From positions 17,137,081 through 17,201,080 of the forward strand of contig OZ037766.1 of assembly GCA_964035545.1 (NCBI GenBank): a stretch of DNA of 64,000 nucleotides, in the 5' to 3' direction. The notes under the pieces are model-generated. The model was given only the letters and a program-made list of their open reading frames with translations. It was not told the DNA's origin and made no database searches. The position numbers and the translations under genes are program-made. The stretch is from Bugula neritina. Taxonomy: Eukaryota > Animalia > Bryozoa. Below are positions 1 through 13,400 of this stretch, piece by piece. How positions within the stretch are numbered: the first letter of the stretch is position 1; every line of letters starts with the position of its first letter.

Positions 1-28
<28 letters not shown>
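1..28. repeat. (TC)n microsatellite, truncated by window edge
   Basis: Direct dinucleotide run. Confidence 0.95.
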
Positions 29-31
<3 letters not shown>

Positions 32-268
32 CAACTGATGCTGCTATGACTGTTTCAAGGATCTAGCTTGGATTTGGTTGCAGCTACCTACTCAATAATT
101 ATCATTGCCACACGAAGATCTTTCACTAAGAAATAGGAAGTTGAATAACATATTATTCAATTATTTATTGAGAGATAAATTAATGCATAAATGAGTTTCA
201 TAGTTTACACTCAACTAGCACAATTAAAATGTAAGGTTTTGGCACATTCGGCTGAACATCATTTCTTT

Positions 269-365
269 TGTTCAAAGGGATACACTGCTATGTTCAAAGG
301 GATACACTACTATGTTCAAAGGGTTACACTACTATGTCTAAAGGGATACACTACTATGTTCAAAA
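269..365. repeat. 22-bp minisatellite, about 4.4 copies (TGTTCAAAGGGATACACTACTA)
   Basis: Adjacent near-identical units with no spacers. Confidence 0.9.
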
Positions 366-1005
366 GCCATTTGTTGAAATTGGTGTGGCTAATGACATCT
401 TTATCAATCAAAGAAATACCAAGAATATAATAGCAGTGCTGAGTGCAATCAACTGTTGAATATAATATGATCTTGAGCATATTATTATTGTAAAGTAACA
501 GCCTCTCATGCAGAAAAGTGCTGCATTGCAAGCGCTTTCATCAGTGTGGAATGTTATTCCAAAATCACTTTCATATTGGACTGACGTGGATAACATTTGT
601 GCCTTCTTTTTGCCATCTACCACATGTTCACTCATCCGTACTTAGCATTAATTCCATTAAAATAAATGTGCAGAAGTTCGAGGCCTAACCCACCATTCAT
701 CAATCAATGCAAATAATATGATGGTGTAGTATCATTAGCTAAATGCACTATACATTATAAGTTATAAATAATGTACAAAACCAAGTAGGTCAACAGTTTT
801 GTATTATTTAGTAGCATACTTGCACACAGCCAGTTGCTGCAATGCAGGACCCAAGCATCAAAATATTGCTGCTTTCTCTGCTGATATTTCGGTTATCTGC
901 TCAATCAAATTACTCAAACACTTTATTTTTTACCTCCATAACATCGTACGAAATCGCAAAACCTCATTTTCAAGTGTATCTCCAAGAAACAAATCAGTCA
1001 ACTAA

Positions 1006-1348
1006 GCCTAGGGCCACACTGTGCGTATTTTCGCATGCGAAAATTGAAATCACAAGTAGCAAAGGTGTCCACTGTGCGCGTTGAGAAAACCTTCGCACTT
1101 GTCGCTCTGCATTTTCAACGCAAGTGCGAATCGTCTCTGTCGTCGTCACCTAATTGGCTGGTAGCTATTCAGCGAGCCCAATTTCTTTATTTAGTGCTAT
1201 ATTCCAGTAAATTGCGTTTTATTGAAAGCGAGTGCGATTTAAAAATGAAAGCTTTATTTATCACGCATCACTGACGCTACAGTGGACACCTTTGCTACTC
1301 GTAATTTTAATTTTCGCATGCGAAAATACGCACAGTGTGGCCCTAGGC
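1006..1348. mobile_element. MITE, probably PIF/Harbinger-type, inserted in MINPP1 exon 1
   Basis: About 70-bp TIRs (GCCTAGGGCCACACTGTGCGTATTTTCGCATGCGAAAATT...); TAA target duplication at 1003-1005 and 1349-1351; precise removal restores the MINPP1 frame. Confidence 0.92.
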
Positions 1349-4182
1349 TAATCGAATTGCTACACTAAATCAACCTCCAAGTCAATGCAAAGCCAAACAG
1401 CTGAGCTTGCTCTTAAGACATGGCACGAGGTATCCTAGTGACGGAGATGTTGAGAAAATCGACAACATTATTGCCAAGCTGCAAAATTTGGATTTAAAAG
1501 CTCCATTTGAGAAGGTAAAAGATTGGAACAACACTTTTAACCGGCAATAGCCAGCTTACTAGCCGATGCAGGTAGAGAAGAGATGAATAGTATTGCTTCA
1601 AAATATACTAGCCAGTTCCCAAACCTGTTCTCATCAGCAATGTCAAAGTCTGGAAGTGAGAATGTGGAGATAATATCTAGTAAAAAAGAGAGGACAGAAT
1701 CGAGTGCTAAAGCGTTTGTTGATGGAGTCTCAAAAGAAATTACTGTAGATGTGATGAGTTTGAATTCCAAGATTAACATTAGAAATGATTTGATCCGGTT
1801 TTATGACCTCTGCACTGAATATATTGATTTTGTAAGTATGTAAATATAATGTTGGGAATGCACTTCTAATGCTGCATATATTTCAATACAATTTCAAATT
1901 ATAGCAGTTAGGTTTGGAAAACATTTGGAGAAATTTGCTAAAGAAACTTCAAATCTATTTGAAGCTTTCTTTAGCAATTACAACTATTTCAATTATATAG
2001 TTAACAGTTTACACCATTAAGTGCCTTTGGTCCTAAGTTATATCTATGAGTCTTGGTTAATGATGGGTAAAGAATATTTGGCCTACAAACTTTTAATTTA
2101 CAACAATATCATCACAAGCCTTTAAAAAATGACCATGGCCCTTATGCAGTATATCTTGGTTTCTATATACCATAGCTAGTTTGAAAATTCTGAATCTTTG
2201 AAAATATGAAAGTTACATTCACTATGCAGAATCGAAGTTAAGTCACCTGTATGAATTCAATGAATCAAATAATATAGGAAATGCCGGAACATATTGAACA
2301 TTCAGGTTCTTTTTTGTTTCAAATTGAGTTTTTGGTGTAAAATAAATAGAACTGGGTCAAATGCTTATTATAGGTTGACTCCGATGAAGCTCAAGAGAAA
2401 TCATTAATAGAATTCCACAAATTTATAGCTGGTCCTGAGATGCAAGAGGCAGCTAAGAGGGTCAGCGCTGAAGCAAGTTCGACTAATGATGAAGATTTTT
2501 TTACGCCAGGTAAGTACTTACCTGACATTTTGATGCCTATAATATTTTTCATTTAGGTGCATTAGTGGAGAAATTGAGATAGCCCAAGTTATTTAAACAA
2601 TATTTTATAAATTTTTTCGAGAACATAACTTATTTTGCTATATTCCTAATCTAGAACTCAGGCTTTTCTCAATTTCTTCATTACTGCACCCACTTTATAT
2701 TTTTGTTTAAAACTGATGAAAATTTAACTCTTTGGCTTGGTAAATGATGATAATTAGGAGTAACTACTGCATCAAATAGTAATTCTTACACAAAAATGTT
2801 GTTATACTTCATATGGTTTTAATATTATTCATGTATTTATCATTAATGTACAGTGAATTGTTATTTTTATGCGTAGATAAAAATTAGCTGCTTGTACCAA
2901 CTTATATATAAGAGAGAACAATGCATTTGTATAGAGGAATTGAAAATAATATGGCGGCTTTGTGGGTTTGAGAGAGCCATGAAAGGAGCAGACTATGACT
3001 CACCCTGGTGCTATCCAATCACAGTTGAAGATTCTCTAGTGCTGGAATATGCTAATGATATAGAGGTACACATACCAAAACATAGCTTACAAGTTGCAAT
3101 AATTGTGTTATGTTCTTTTATATTATACTGCTAAAATAAAAGAGTACTGGTCTTTGTTTACTAAATAATGCTTTGGATAAGAAATTTTACTCCATGGTAC
3201 CTGCTTTTATAATATAGCAGGAAATAGAGATTAGTGTGATGTATGTTAACTTTTTTTATTAATTAGACATACTGGCTGAGTGCATATGGGTACCAAATCA
3301 ACTACCAGCAGAGTTGTCCTCTCTTCTCAAACATTGTAGACAACTTCCAGCAGATAATAGCATCCAGCAGGTATGATTATTTAATTTATTGAAGCTGGGC
3401 AAATGGTGTCATCCCAGATAGATGCTTTCCAGTTAGACGCTTCCTAGTTAGATATTTATTTATTTTGGTACTATAATATATATTTTAAGTGCAATTTATT
3501 TGAACACTGTTGAAATCGATTATATGTATATTTAAATAAACTTGGCTCAATTACTTATAATTTAGCACATACATTCTTTTAATCTGCAATAATCTATTAA
3601 TTTTGCATTTTTATACTTCTTGATGTCTGAAAAGATATTTTGTTAATAAGTATTTATTAGTGATAATGTCTATTATTAATGTATTAGTGTTTTTTGTCCG
3701 ACAAAAATATGTGAAAATTGGAATATTATTCCAGACAATTCATATTAGCTGTTATAGTTATTAGCATGTTAGCTATTTAGCAATCAATACAAAAGCTATA
3801 TAGGTATAAATAGTTATATTATTATATCTGGTACTTACTAAAATAGTTTCTGACTGGGAAGGATCTATATCTGGGATGAAATTGCATGTAAACTTTAAAT
3901 TAAATACTGATATGCATAAAATACTAGTGAAAACGGCAATACTAAAACAGCTCAAATGGTGTCCATTCAGTGATTCAGCTGTTAGAAATCATTGTTTGAA
4001 TTATAATAAATGTGGCGTTTATTATAAATTATTGAAACTAATTATTATATCATTACAAAATATTATAAATTCATTGGTAATTATAATTAACTCAGTTGCT
4101 CATTTTTAAGTAAAGCCATAATAGTTAAGCATGTAGTACCGAGTACAATAATTACATAACTTTTTTAGACTAGTAGCAATAT

Positions 4183-4739
4183 TGTAGTAGTTTTGTGGGT
4201 GATAGAATGAAATCAGGCAGAGAACATAACTTCTTGTTATAGAAGAGACAAGAGAGAGAGGTTGCCGTGTGCTTGCAGTACTTTATTGTAGCAGTGAGAA
4301 GTATCCAGTGTGAGCTCCAGTCCGCAAGTGACTGAAGCTCTAAAATGCGCGTCCTTTTATACTAGTGGAACAAAGGACTTCTAGAACCATCGACCGACAG
4401 CGGGCCGATGTTCGGCAGGGGATGCCGATATTCGTCATGTCGGTAGCCGATACTGGAAATATTGGCAACCGACATTCGGTCTGCCTGCATCCACCTGCCG
4501 AAAGCGGTCCAACTGTCGGTTTACATGAATCAACAAAAATGAACCCAACCAAGTGTATGCGTATTGTAACTTGTAATTGGGGGAAAGGGGATTAACTATT
4601 TACTATGTTAAAAGCTCAACATTAGCCATAGTGTTTAAGGTATTAGAAAGTTACGCTACATACTTAGCTATGATTACAGTATTTAGACAAATAGCCATAA
4701 GTAATGTGTCAAGGGGAATAACTCTTAATATTTACCACA
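4183..4739 (-). mobile_element. Solo LTR (Gypsy-like) in MINPP1 intron 4
   Basis: TGTAGTA...TACCACA termini; ATAT 4-bp TSD (4179-4182, 4740-4743); minus-strand TATAAAA (4355-4361) followed by AATAAA (4282-4287). Confidence 0.7.
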
Positions 4740-5938
4740 ATATTGCAGACTTTTGCAACATTTCAAAAATAATTCAACTTTTCAAACAAATCTGTATAGT
4801 CTTATTGATAACTATTTCAGCGCACCAGCTCTTTCCCTCTACTTTGGTCACTCCCGAACCATGTTACCTACATACTCCCTACTTGGCTTCTTCCAAGACG
4901 GCAAACCATTAAACGCTTCTAACTTTTCTCAAAACAAAGATGGCAGAAAATTAAGAAGTAGCATGATTAATCCGTTTGCAGCTAATATTGGATTTTCTCT
5001 CTATGAATGTGAAGAAGGGGTGCAGACTAGTCACCCTGACTGGCCTGAGAAGCTTGAGTCACACATGCTACAGATTATGGTGAATGAGCAAGTGGTGCAA
5101 CTACCCTTCACTGATAAAGTAGCTGTCACTTTAAGTGAATTTGAAAAGCAGTATGACCAGTACATTAGTCAGTGTGATTTTGACAAGATTTGTAAAAATG
5201 ATAACCCAACTTCAGCTTCGCCTGGTATGACTGACAGAAAACTTGCACAGTCTATTCCAATTTGTGTTAGTTTTTTAGCAATTTATATGCTCTTCAGAGC
5301 AGAATAGGTTTCAATACAGCAAACCTTTGCAATACAATGAACTCGTTTCAATAAACTATAAAGCTAATAGTTGCTAAGCTACATGTAATATCATTGTGAT
5401 TACATACTTTGATAATTTTGCTGATTTTCTATTGTATTTGTTACATGTTTGGCTATTGGCTATATTTGTTAACTTTGCTTTACATGTATGCAAATTTATG
5501 ATCTGTATAACTGATGAGAACTAATCTTATATTAAATAAATCACAAACCAAGCTAAATCATTTCATTGACGTATTTTTAGGTATTTTGCCTTACATATAG
5601 TATGCAATAAAATAAATAAAAATGATAATTTGATATTTTTGATATATAAATTGGAACTTATTAGTAGACTGCAAAATATACTCTAATTATTGCCAGTCAT
5701 TTTATCTTGCCCTAATAAATAAGAAATAATAGAAAATAGTAGAATAGAAATAATAGTATCGCATAATTCTTATGTTATGCTATATATTACCAAATAGTTT
5801 TAATATGACACATGATCAACTATAGTAAATTGGTAGGCTCACTGTTCTGTCTATGTACGAGTGTACCACTAAAGCATTATATCTCTATTTGTGGAAAGCA
5901 GCTGTTTCAAGATTTGTCACCTTATCAGCACAGAACAA

Positions 5939-6007
5939 GTGTGTGTGTGTGTTGTGTGTGTGTGCGTGCATGCATGCGTGCCTGCGTGGGTGTGCGTGTG
6001 TGTGTGT
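5939..6007. repeat. Degenerate (TG)n microsatellite
   Basis: Direct dinucleotide run. Confidence 0.9.
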
Positions 6008-6010
6008 ATA

Positions 6011-6272
6011 TATATTAGGAAAAAAAGCAACTTAATTAGATGTTATTTTATTGCAGTGCTACTATTAGTTTCATGCCTTTTCAGCACTCCTCGGGCACAA
6101 TATGTTGTGAGGAGTGCTGAAGAGGCATGAAAGTAATAGTAGCAATGTACAATAAAATAACATCTAATTAAATTGCTCTTTTTCTTAATAATATAAGTGC
6201 TCATTATTGTACATATATAATAATTTGAACACTCCTGTATCTGCTGTTTAACAAACTCACACTATACAGCTA

Positions 6273-6273
<1 letters not shown>
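6011..6273. mobile_element. Degenerate palindromic hammerhead-bearing repeat (Penelope-like terminal repeat) plus tail, next to (TA)n
   Basis: Imperfect palindrome ~6011-6192 homologous to 56617-56808; tail 6193-6273 homologous (reverse complement) to 56543-56616; hammerhead cores mutated (GTGAGGA on +, CCGAGGA on -). Confidence 0.75.
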
Positions 6274-7268
<995 letters not shown>

Positions 7269-7337
7269 CTGTTCCCCCCCAAAAACCAGCTATCCAAAGA
7301 TTGCACTATATATTATATACATGCATCCTGTATATAT

Positions 7338-7780
7338 TGTTATAGTTTTTAGAACTATAGTTTGTGGGTCGATTTTGTATGCTGCCAATAACTGCATCAC
7401 AGGGATATTACGTAATCAACTGAACATGTAGTCAGGAACGTGAGAAAATAGTTATATGTATGAACAAGATATAAGTAGGAAAAAGCGTTACACGAGTCGA
7501 ATAAAATAAAGGAACACAAGAATATATAGGTCAACTATCAGCTTACTAGCCTAGCCGGTTCCACTGTGTGCGCCAGAAGGTACTGTTTATAAAGGTCAGG
7601 TCACGTGTCTACATCCAAGCTGATTGGAGAGTAGCCCCTTAATATATATACTGGTCAAGTTGTCTTCCCGCATGCCAAACAGGAAGACTGGGAGAAACGC
7701 CATGACTAACATTGGTCTATAACACATAGACCAATGTTCAGCAGGGGTCTAGAGAGCTTCTACTTCCGATAACCATTACG
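7338..7780. mobile_element. Solo LTR-like element
   Basis: TGTTA...ATTACG (degenerate CA) termini flanked by ATAT on both sides; similar size and right end (CCATTAC) to 46405-46840. Confidence 0.45.
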
Positions 7781-7883
7781 ATATTGTATGTACACACAGG
7801 TAATATGTGTATATATAATTATTATTTTTATAATATAATGATAATAATTATATATAAAGGTTGGGAACCACTGATATATATAT

Positions 7884-9472
7884 CAGTGGTTCCCAACCTT
7901 TTTCATACTATTCCCCCTTTCACACATGTTGACTATTAATTTCCCCCCTTGCAAAGAGCAAAAAGATTTATGACTTACTGAATGTGAATATATGATACAA
8001 TGCAATATATTTTGTTCTATTATATTTGCATATAATATATTCATCATAGTAGTAATATTATCGTTATTTTTAATTTATAAAACACAGAGCAGTTAAATTA
8101 TTAATGTTATGGCTTCATTTCATGCTTTTGAGCCTGGCTCTGTGTTTGACCAGGCCCATCCTAAGTCACTCTTCAGGTTAAGGCAGTTTCTCTTCTCTTT
8201 GAATTGATTAGAATCCTACCTCACGCAGATAGGTGGTGCTGGATGGCACTAAAACTCTGTTTTGTCAGTTATATGTGGGAAGAGTTTGCTTGTTCAAACC
8301 CACAATTATTTTAGATAAAACTGGTGCATGTAAAAATGGCACAGGTAATAATGATACAAATGGAAAAGTAAGTAAAAATGGCACTGATGTTAAATTTTTC
8401 TAAACTCAAACCACAAACCCTCCACCTCGACCCCCAAACTCCAGAACCCCAAATCTCCACCCCTTAACTCAAACCCCTTTTTCAAACTTCAAACCCCTAC
8501 CCCAATATTGAAAACATGTGTTTATTTAACTACTTTTACTTTTGTGCCATTATTACCTGTGCCATTTCTACTGGACACTACCCACAAAACATCAACCGGG
8601 GAAAATTTCAAATCACCCTTCATTGCTGAATTGTGAACCAATAAAATTCTCCTGTAAATCCTCTAAAAACTTTTCAACAAAGTGTTGCATTGTGTCACAT
8701 GTTAAGTTAAGAATCTAGCTCTTACTTTTTCGGAGGTAGCTCAAAGAAATACCGTTAAAACTCCATTAAAAGTTCAGAGAGATGCCTAGAAGTTTTTTTG
8801 AAAAATGATCTGGAACAGGTGGTGTCCTGTAAAAATGGCACAGGTAATAATGGCACAAATGGAAAATTAAGTAAAAATGGCACATTTTTAATATTAGCAT
8901 TGTAGATTTGAGTTGGGGATTAGGTGTTCTGGATGGGGGTTTGGAGATTTGGGAAAATTGGACACCAGTGTGCGACTTTCACCTGTGCAATTTTTACCAA
9001 AATTCGGTACAGGTTCTTCTCCTATAAAAGGTCATCAAGTGTGGGGGAAAAACACCATGTTGTTGATAGACGCCACCACTTTAGTGCAACTTTAAAAACA
9101 TTGCTGCTGGTATGAAGAGCAATAAGATGATTGCACTTTTGCATTTTTAGGTTCAGATTATTTAGTATAGCAAATATATTCACTAGGTATGTAGTATACA
9201 GTTCATAGAAATTGACTTGCATGGCTGCTAAAAGTTGGCCTGTTGGTTTTTTTGCCTATTTTTGACCTTCATTCGAAGTAGCACAGAGAAAAGTTAGGGT
9301 AGAGTAATTAATAAACACATTCATGTAGAAGTAAACTGAGATTGCAGAATAAGGTTTGGTTAAGTAGATGAACTAAGATGAAGATTTATAGATATGCATA
9401 TACATGTAACTTGCAAGAGCTCAAAATCCAAATTCCCTCTAGGGGGAATTCCCCCCAGGTTGGGAACCACTG
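7884..9472 (-). mobile_element. Decayed hAT (Charlie-type) transposon with nested MITEs
   Basis: TIRs CAGTGGTTCCCAACCT / AGGTTGGGAACCACTG; minus-strand remnant VLVP.STTYL.E...RN.LNL..DLR (~8160-8255) resembles the hAT C-terminal dimerisation domain. Confidence 0.75.
8306..8579. mobile_element. MITE nested in the hAT element; relatives at ~8820-9016 and ~40525-40737
   Basis: Subterminal inverted repeats GTAAAAATGGCACAGGTAATAATG; 8-bp direct repeat ACCCACAA at 8298-8305 and 8580-8587. Confidence 0.65.
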
Positions 9473-9940
9473 ATATCTGTGATACAGGAGATGCACAGCA
9501 AAGATTCATGCAGGCATAGCAAATTAAGACAAGAGTCACAAGACTACATCTCTACGCTGCATGCATCAAGGTACTTATCTTTGCCCAAAAAGTACATGAG
9601 CAATGAAGATTTACTTTATACAATACTGATAAATTTACTTGAGATGCTCAGTGAATGGCAAGATATAGATGACTTGCTCTGTTTTAATAACAATTAATAG
9701 GCTTTTTAAACATAATAAAAGTCATTTATGGAGCAATATGAAGTTTGCAAATGCTAAAAACATTAACGAAATAACTTTCTCAAATATATTATTTCTAGAA
9801 ACAGCATTACATTTTTTATTCACTTCCAGAATTTTTCAACAACAAAAGGATGAATGGGTAACATCAAATTGCACTGAGTGATGTAGCCTATCATGTGTTA
9901 AAAATACATAACATTTAATTTACAAAAAAAGTGTTAGCTG

Positions 9941-10486
9941 TTATTCTGCTAAATCATAATCATCTCTTATTTCATTGTATTCTTGCACTTTACGTTTTAT
10001 AGCAGAAGTATCGGCCCAAGTAATGAAGTCTTCCATGCTACGAGTAACCAACATTGCAGGGTCTTTGACACACTCAGGCCCTACTCGGATGTGTCCATGC
10101 TCTACATACTTGATAGCATCTTGCAGGTTGTCTGCCATTTTAGATTTAGTGACTACTACAGGCAATCTTCTCCTGCAGAAACTCGAGGCAGAGACATCAT
10201 GACAGTTGCCTAACTTTTGAATAGTTATGATACCCATGTCATATAGTTTCTGACACAATTGTCTTTGAGCCAATATTCCAAATGCTTTCTTCTCATTTGC
10301 CTGTATCTTACCAGCAAGCACCCGTATTTCCCTAGACAGTTTATTATATGCAGTATACTCAGTTCGGGAGACATTGAATTTTCTCATGACCTTGACCTCC
10401 TTTAAATTTGATTGGTCAACTTCCCAATCTAAGAAATCTACTTTTTTCAACAACTTCTTTTCATGATACTTCAATTTTCTCACCAT
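9941..10486 (-). CDS. IMP3: U3 snoRNP protein IMP3 (S4-domain 18S rRNA processing factor), 181 aa, single coding exon
   Basis: MVRKLKYHEKKLLKKVDF..W, SASSFCRRRLPVV, EHGHIRVGP and VTRSMEDFITW motifs; ATG at 10486; a splice acceptor 12 nt upstream (10499-10500) implies a 5'UTR intron. Confidence 0.97.
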   Translation of the reverse strand: MVRKLKYHEKKLLKKVDFLDWEVDQSNLKEVKVMRKFNVSRTEYTAYNKLSREIRVLAGKIQANEKKAFGILAQRQLCQKLYDMGIITIQKLGNCHDVSASSFCRRRLPVVVTKSKMADNLQDAIKYVEHGHIRVGPECVKDPAMLVTRSMEDFITWADTSAIKRKVQEYNEIRDDYDLAE

Positions 10487-13400
10487 TTTCACTTTGACCT
10501 AAAATAGTGCATGGCATATTAATACAATTTGATTATTGTATGGCTGCTGGAAACATTGATCAATAAACAAATGTTGAACAACTGGTTGAAATAGAGGAGT
10601 TGAACAAGTGGTTGAAATAAAGGAGTTGAACAATGAAATGATCACATAGGTCATTTACACATTATCCTAAATTTCTCTTCCTAATAAGTTTGGTGTCTCA
10701 ATTTTATTCACCATGTACACAAATTTTATATTTTCTGCTTCATTGTTGGTGCATTACAAAGCACAGTTGGTCGATATTTACTCTAACTACATTACTGATG
10801 CACATTGCAATTCCAATTATATACAGCCCAGAAGCACAAAATACTACAACTGTAGCAGCAACATAATATTTTAGGATGGATTATTTCTTCAAGATGGATT
10901 ATATTATTACTTCATGCATACTTTCACTTAAAGAAGCATATGTTACTTCTTTGGTTAAATAAGTAGCATATGATGCTACTTATTAGGTTAAATTAGTTAA
11001 TCTTCAATCCCTAGTTTCGAAGTTTCTTTTTTAAAGATGGACAAAAAATTGCTCATGTCTCACATAGTTCTAAACAAGGCTGGTTAAACCCAAAATGTGT
11101 GTCAAAAATATTTTGAAGTGGAGTTAATTTAATAAGCACGAGTGTGTCTGAAATAATTTGAGGTATATTATAGGATGTTGCATGAGCTTTCTTTTAAACT
11201 GTTGAAATGTTAATATTTTATTGAAGATACTAACACCCCGTTATCATTTAAAAACTTTTCACACTCTGATAGTCAGCATCCTTTTAGTATATTTACTTCT
11301 TAGGTGATAAAATGACTTGAGGTGATATAAATAGAAATATACCGCCTCAGATTGATTTCAATGCCAGTGATCTACCACGCAGCATTTGAAATTCCAAAAA
11401 ACTACTTCTAATAATTCAACACTTTTTAGAGTTTCAGAATTGTGTAACATTAATACACTAATAGTTCTGAGTTGGTAGCTGCAATTTCTATTTAATAAAT
11501 AACTCACCAAACTTCATGACATATACATAAACCCTCAAACTGCAAGTTGATTGATAGAAGCTATTATTTGGTTGATGCAATTTACAATAAAAACATTACG
11601 ATTTAGTTATTATTTTACTGTAAGCATTTTCCTTATTAAATAATACACATTACATTTCTGATCATAATTGAGTATAATGTTTTGTCAATACTGAATGCCA
11701 TAACATATTTAAAAAAAAATAACTCATTTATGAAAACAGTTCAAATACTATGAGCCAAAATAATAAGTAAAACTGCAATGAGCAAATAAAAATCACAATG
11801 CATTGCAACATTGTAATTGTGAATTCTGCAGTTTACAATAAAACCAAAAACCAAACTCAATCATTAATTCGCAATAGTGAAGTGCAGATATGTTAGCATT
11901 AAAACTAATTGAGAGTTGGTACTAACTTTTAGGAGTAAGGGTTAGGCTGGGACTAATTCCAAACCAAATTTTATCACATTCAATCATCATGGCTATGAGC
12001 ATCAATATCACTATGGCAAATACCATCACTCAAACCGAACCAGTCAAAGTCAATTATTAACGATTCACTCAAAATCAATTGCTATTGAAGTACTACTATT
12101 AATATTATACTTTTAATAATAGTGATACTGGCTTGCAGTTACTCTAAATTATAATAATATTCAGAGTCCATAACTTGTAAGTCGGGAAGTCTAGCAATAT
12201 CAGATGATGAACGGTGTAAAAGTGTTCATCAACTTTTAGTTCTTCTATCATAATAACAATGATATTTATAATAACTTAATTTGACTCATTATGGTAAAAC
12301 TAATAGTGATTTATTTAGTGAATTACCAATACTACAACTATTGATATTAGAGCTACTATTACTATTAGTATTATAGTTATTATAATTTAATCATTATTAT
12401 AAACAAGTATAACTGTATAAGTATTGGCATAATAATAGTAGCAATATTAATACAAGTATAATAGAGTAGTACTTTAACCTATACTAATAGTCATATTGTA
12501 TCAGTAAAACTACAAGTAAAATTGTTACATTTACTCTTTGTTTTACCAAGTATAATATAAAGTTTAACTACAAGTAGGCTAGGTGAAGGATAAATATAAC
12601 TAATAGTCTTAGTATTACATTTAGTTCTATTATCAGTCTTATAATTATCTTATGCTATTACTATTAGTATTACTATTTCTATTACCAAAAGTAAATACAA
12701 ATATAATACTAAAACAGCGAGAGTTGATGACTACTAGTAAATGCAATACATTATTTACAGAACACTAATACAGTAATAATGAGACAATAAAAGTAAAAGC
12801 AAAGATAATAATATTTGCTGATTTGCCCAGTACAAATGCACAGACATGGCAACCCACTTTTAGGGGTTTGGGGTTTGAACCTGAAACATATTTATATTAG
12901 GTACAATGACAATACATATTCATATTGATATACTTAATCTTGTAGGCCTACACAATAAAAACAATAAGGATAACACCAACAGTTTTATTTTATTAAACAA
13001 CTTCATTGGGACCAAGTTCTGACCAAGTCTAATGGGGCTTCAGAATAATGACTAATCAGTAGATAGTTGGTCATCAATATCTTTCACTTAAACCAACTGG
13101 ACGACTTCCATTGGTCCATTGGTAAAAACATTAGGAATTAAAAAATTAATGATATTTGATACAAAGTTGCATTAATAATTGAATGTGAATCCATGTGCAC
13201 AGGTAAATAACTGAAGCCATATGCATAATAAGACTCATCGAAACTATTGCTCTAGCAGTTTACTGAAGTCATCCAAAAGATGCTTAAATTTTTAAAATAA
13301 TATAACATAATGCAATTTTTTAAAACTATTATTCTACAATTTCAAATTTTAAAGTAGTCAAATAAATTTAAACATCTTCTGCAAATATATTTGATTGCAA

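Larger units (their letters stand above)
842..5307 (+). pseudogene. MINPP1: Multiple inositol polyphosphate phosphatase 1-like histidine acid phosphatase, apparently disrupted
   Basis: Exons 842-1831, 2374-2509, 2935-3065, 3267-3370, 4821-5307, with GT-AG introns in compatible phases. Signal-peptide-like N-terminus; RHGTRYP at 1416-1436; LIRFYDLC, GPEMQ, SPWC, VLEYANDIE, YW..AYGY.IN...SC.LF and FGH motifs match MINPP1 as recalled. Lesions: MITE at 1006-1348, 1-nt frameshift near 1539-1541 (stop at 1548-1550), HAE to HSR at 4849-4857. Confidence 0.88.

Noticed and set aside
268-459. ORFs and a possible CRISPR array over the 22-bp repeat
   Set aside because: Head-to-tail minisatellite without spacers.
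974-1346. MITE removed as an intron (introner-like rescue of MINPP1)
   Set aside because: Donors at 1006 (GC), 1021 and 1065 with the AG at 1346 are out of frame. The in-frame donor at 974 is weak, the acceptor has no pyrimidine tract, and the downstream frameshift would remain. Not excluded without RNA data.
1515-1582. Small intron bypassing the MINPP1 frameshift
   Set aside because: The only in-frame acceptor (1582) is purine-rich and would delete the conserved W and L..G residues.
9975-10213. Plus-strand ORFs overlapping IMP3 (similarly ORFs antisense to CPSF6, HMGCL and the LINE)
   Set aside because: Shadow ORFs of real coding sequence.
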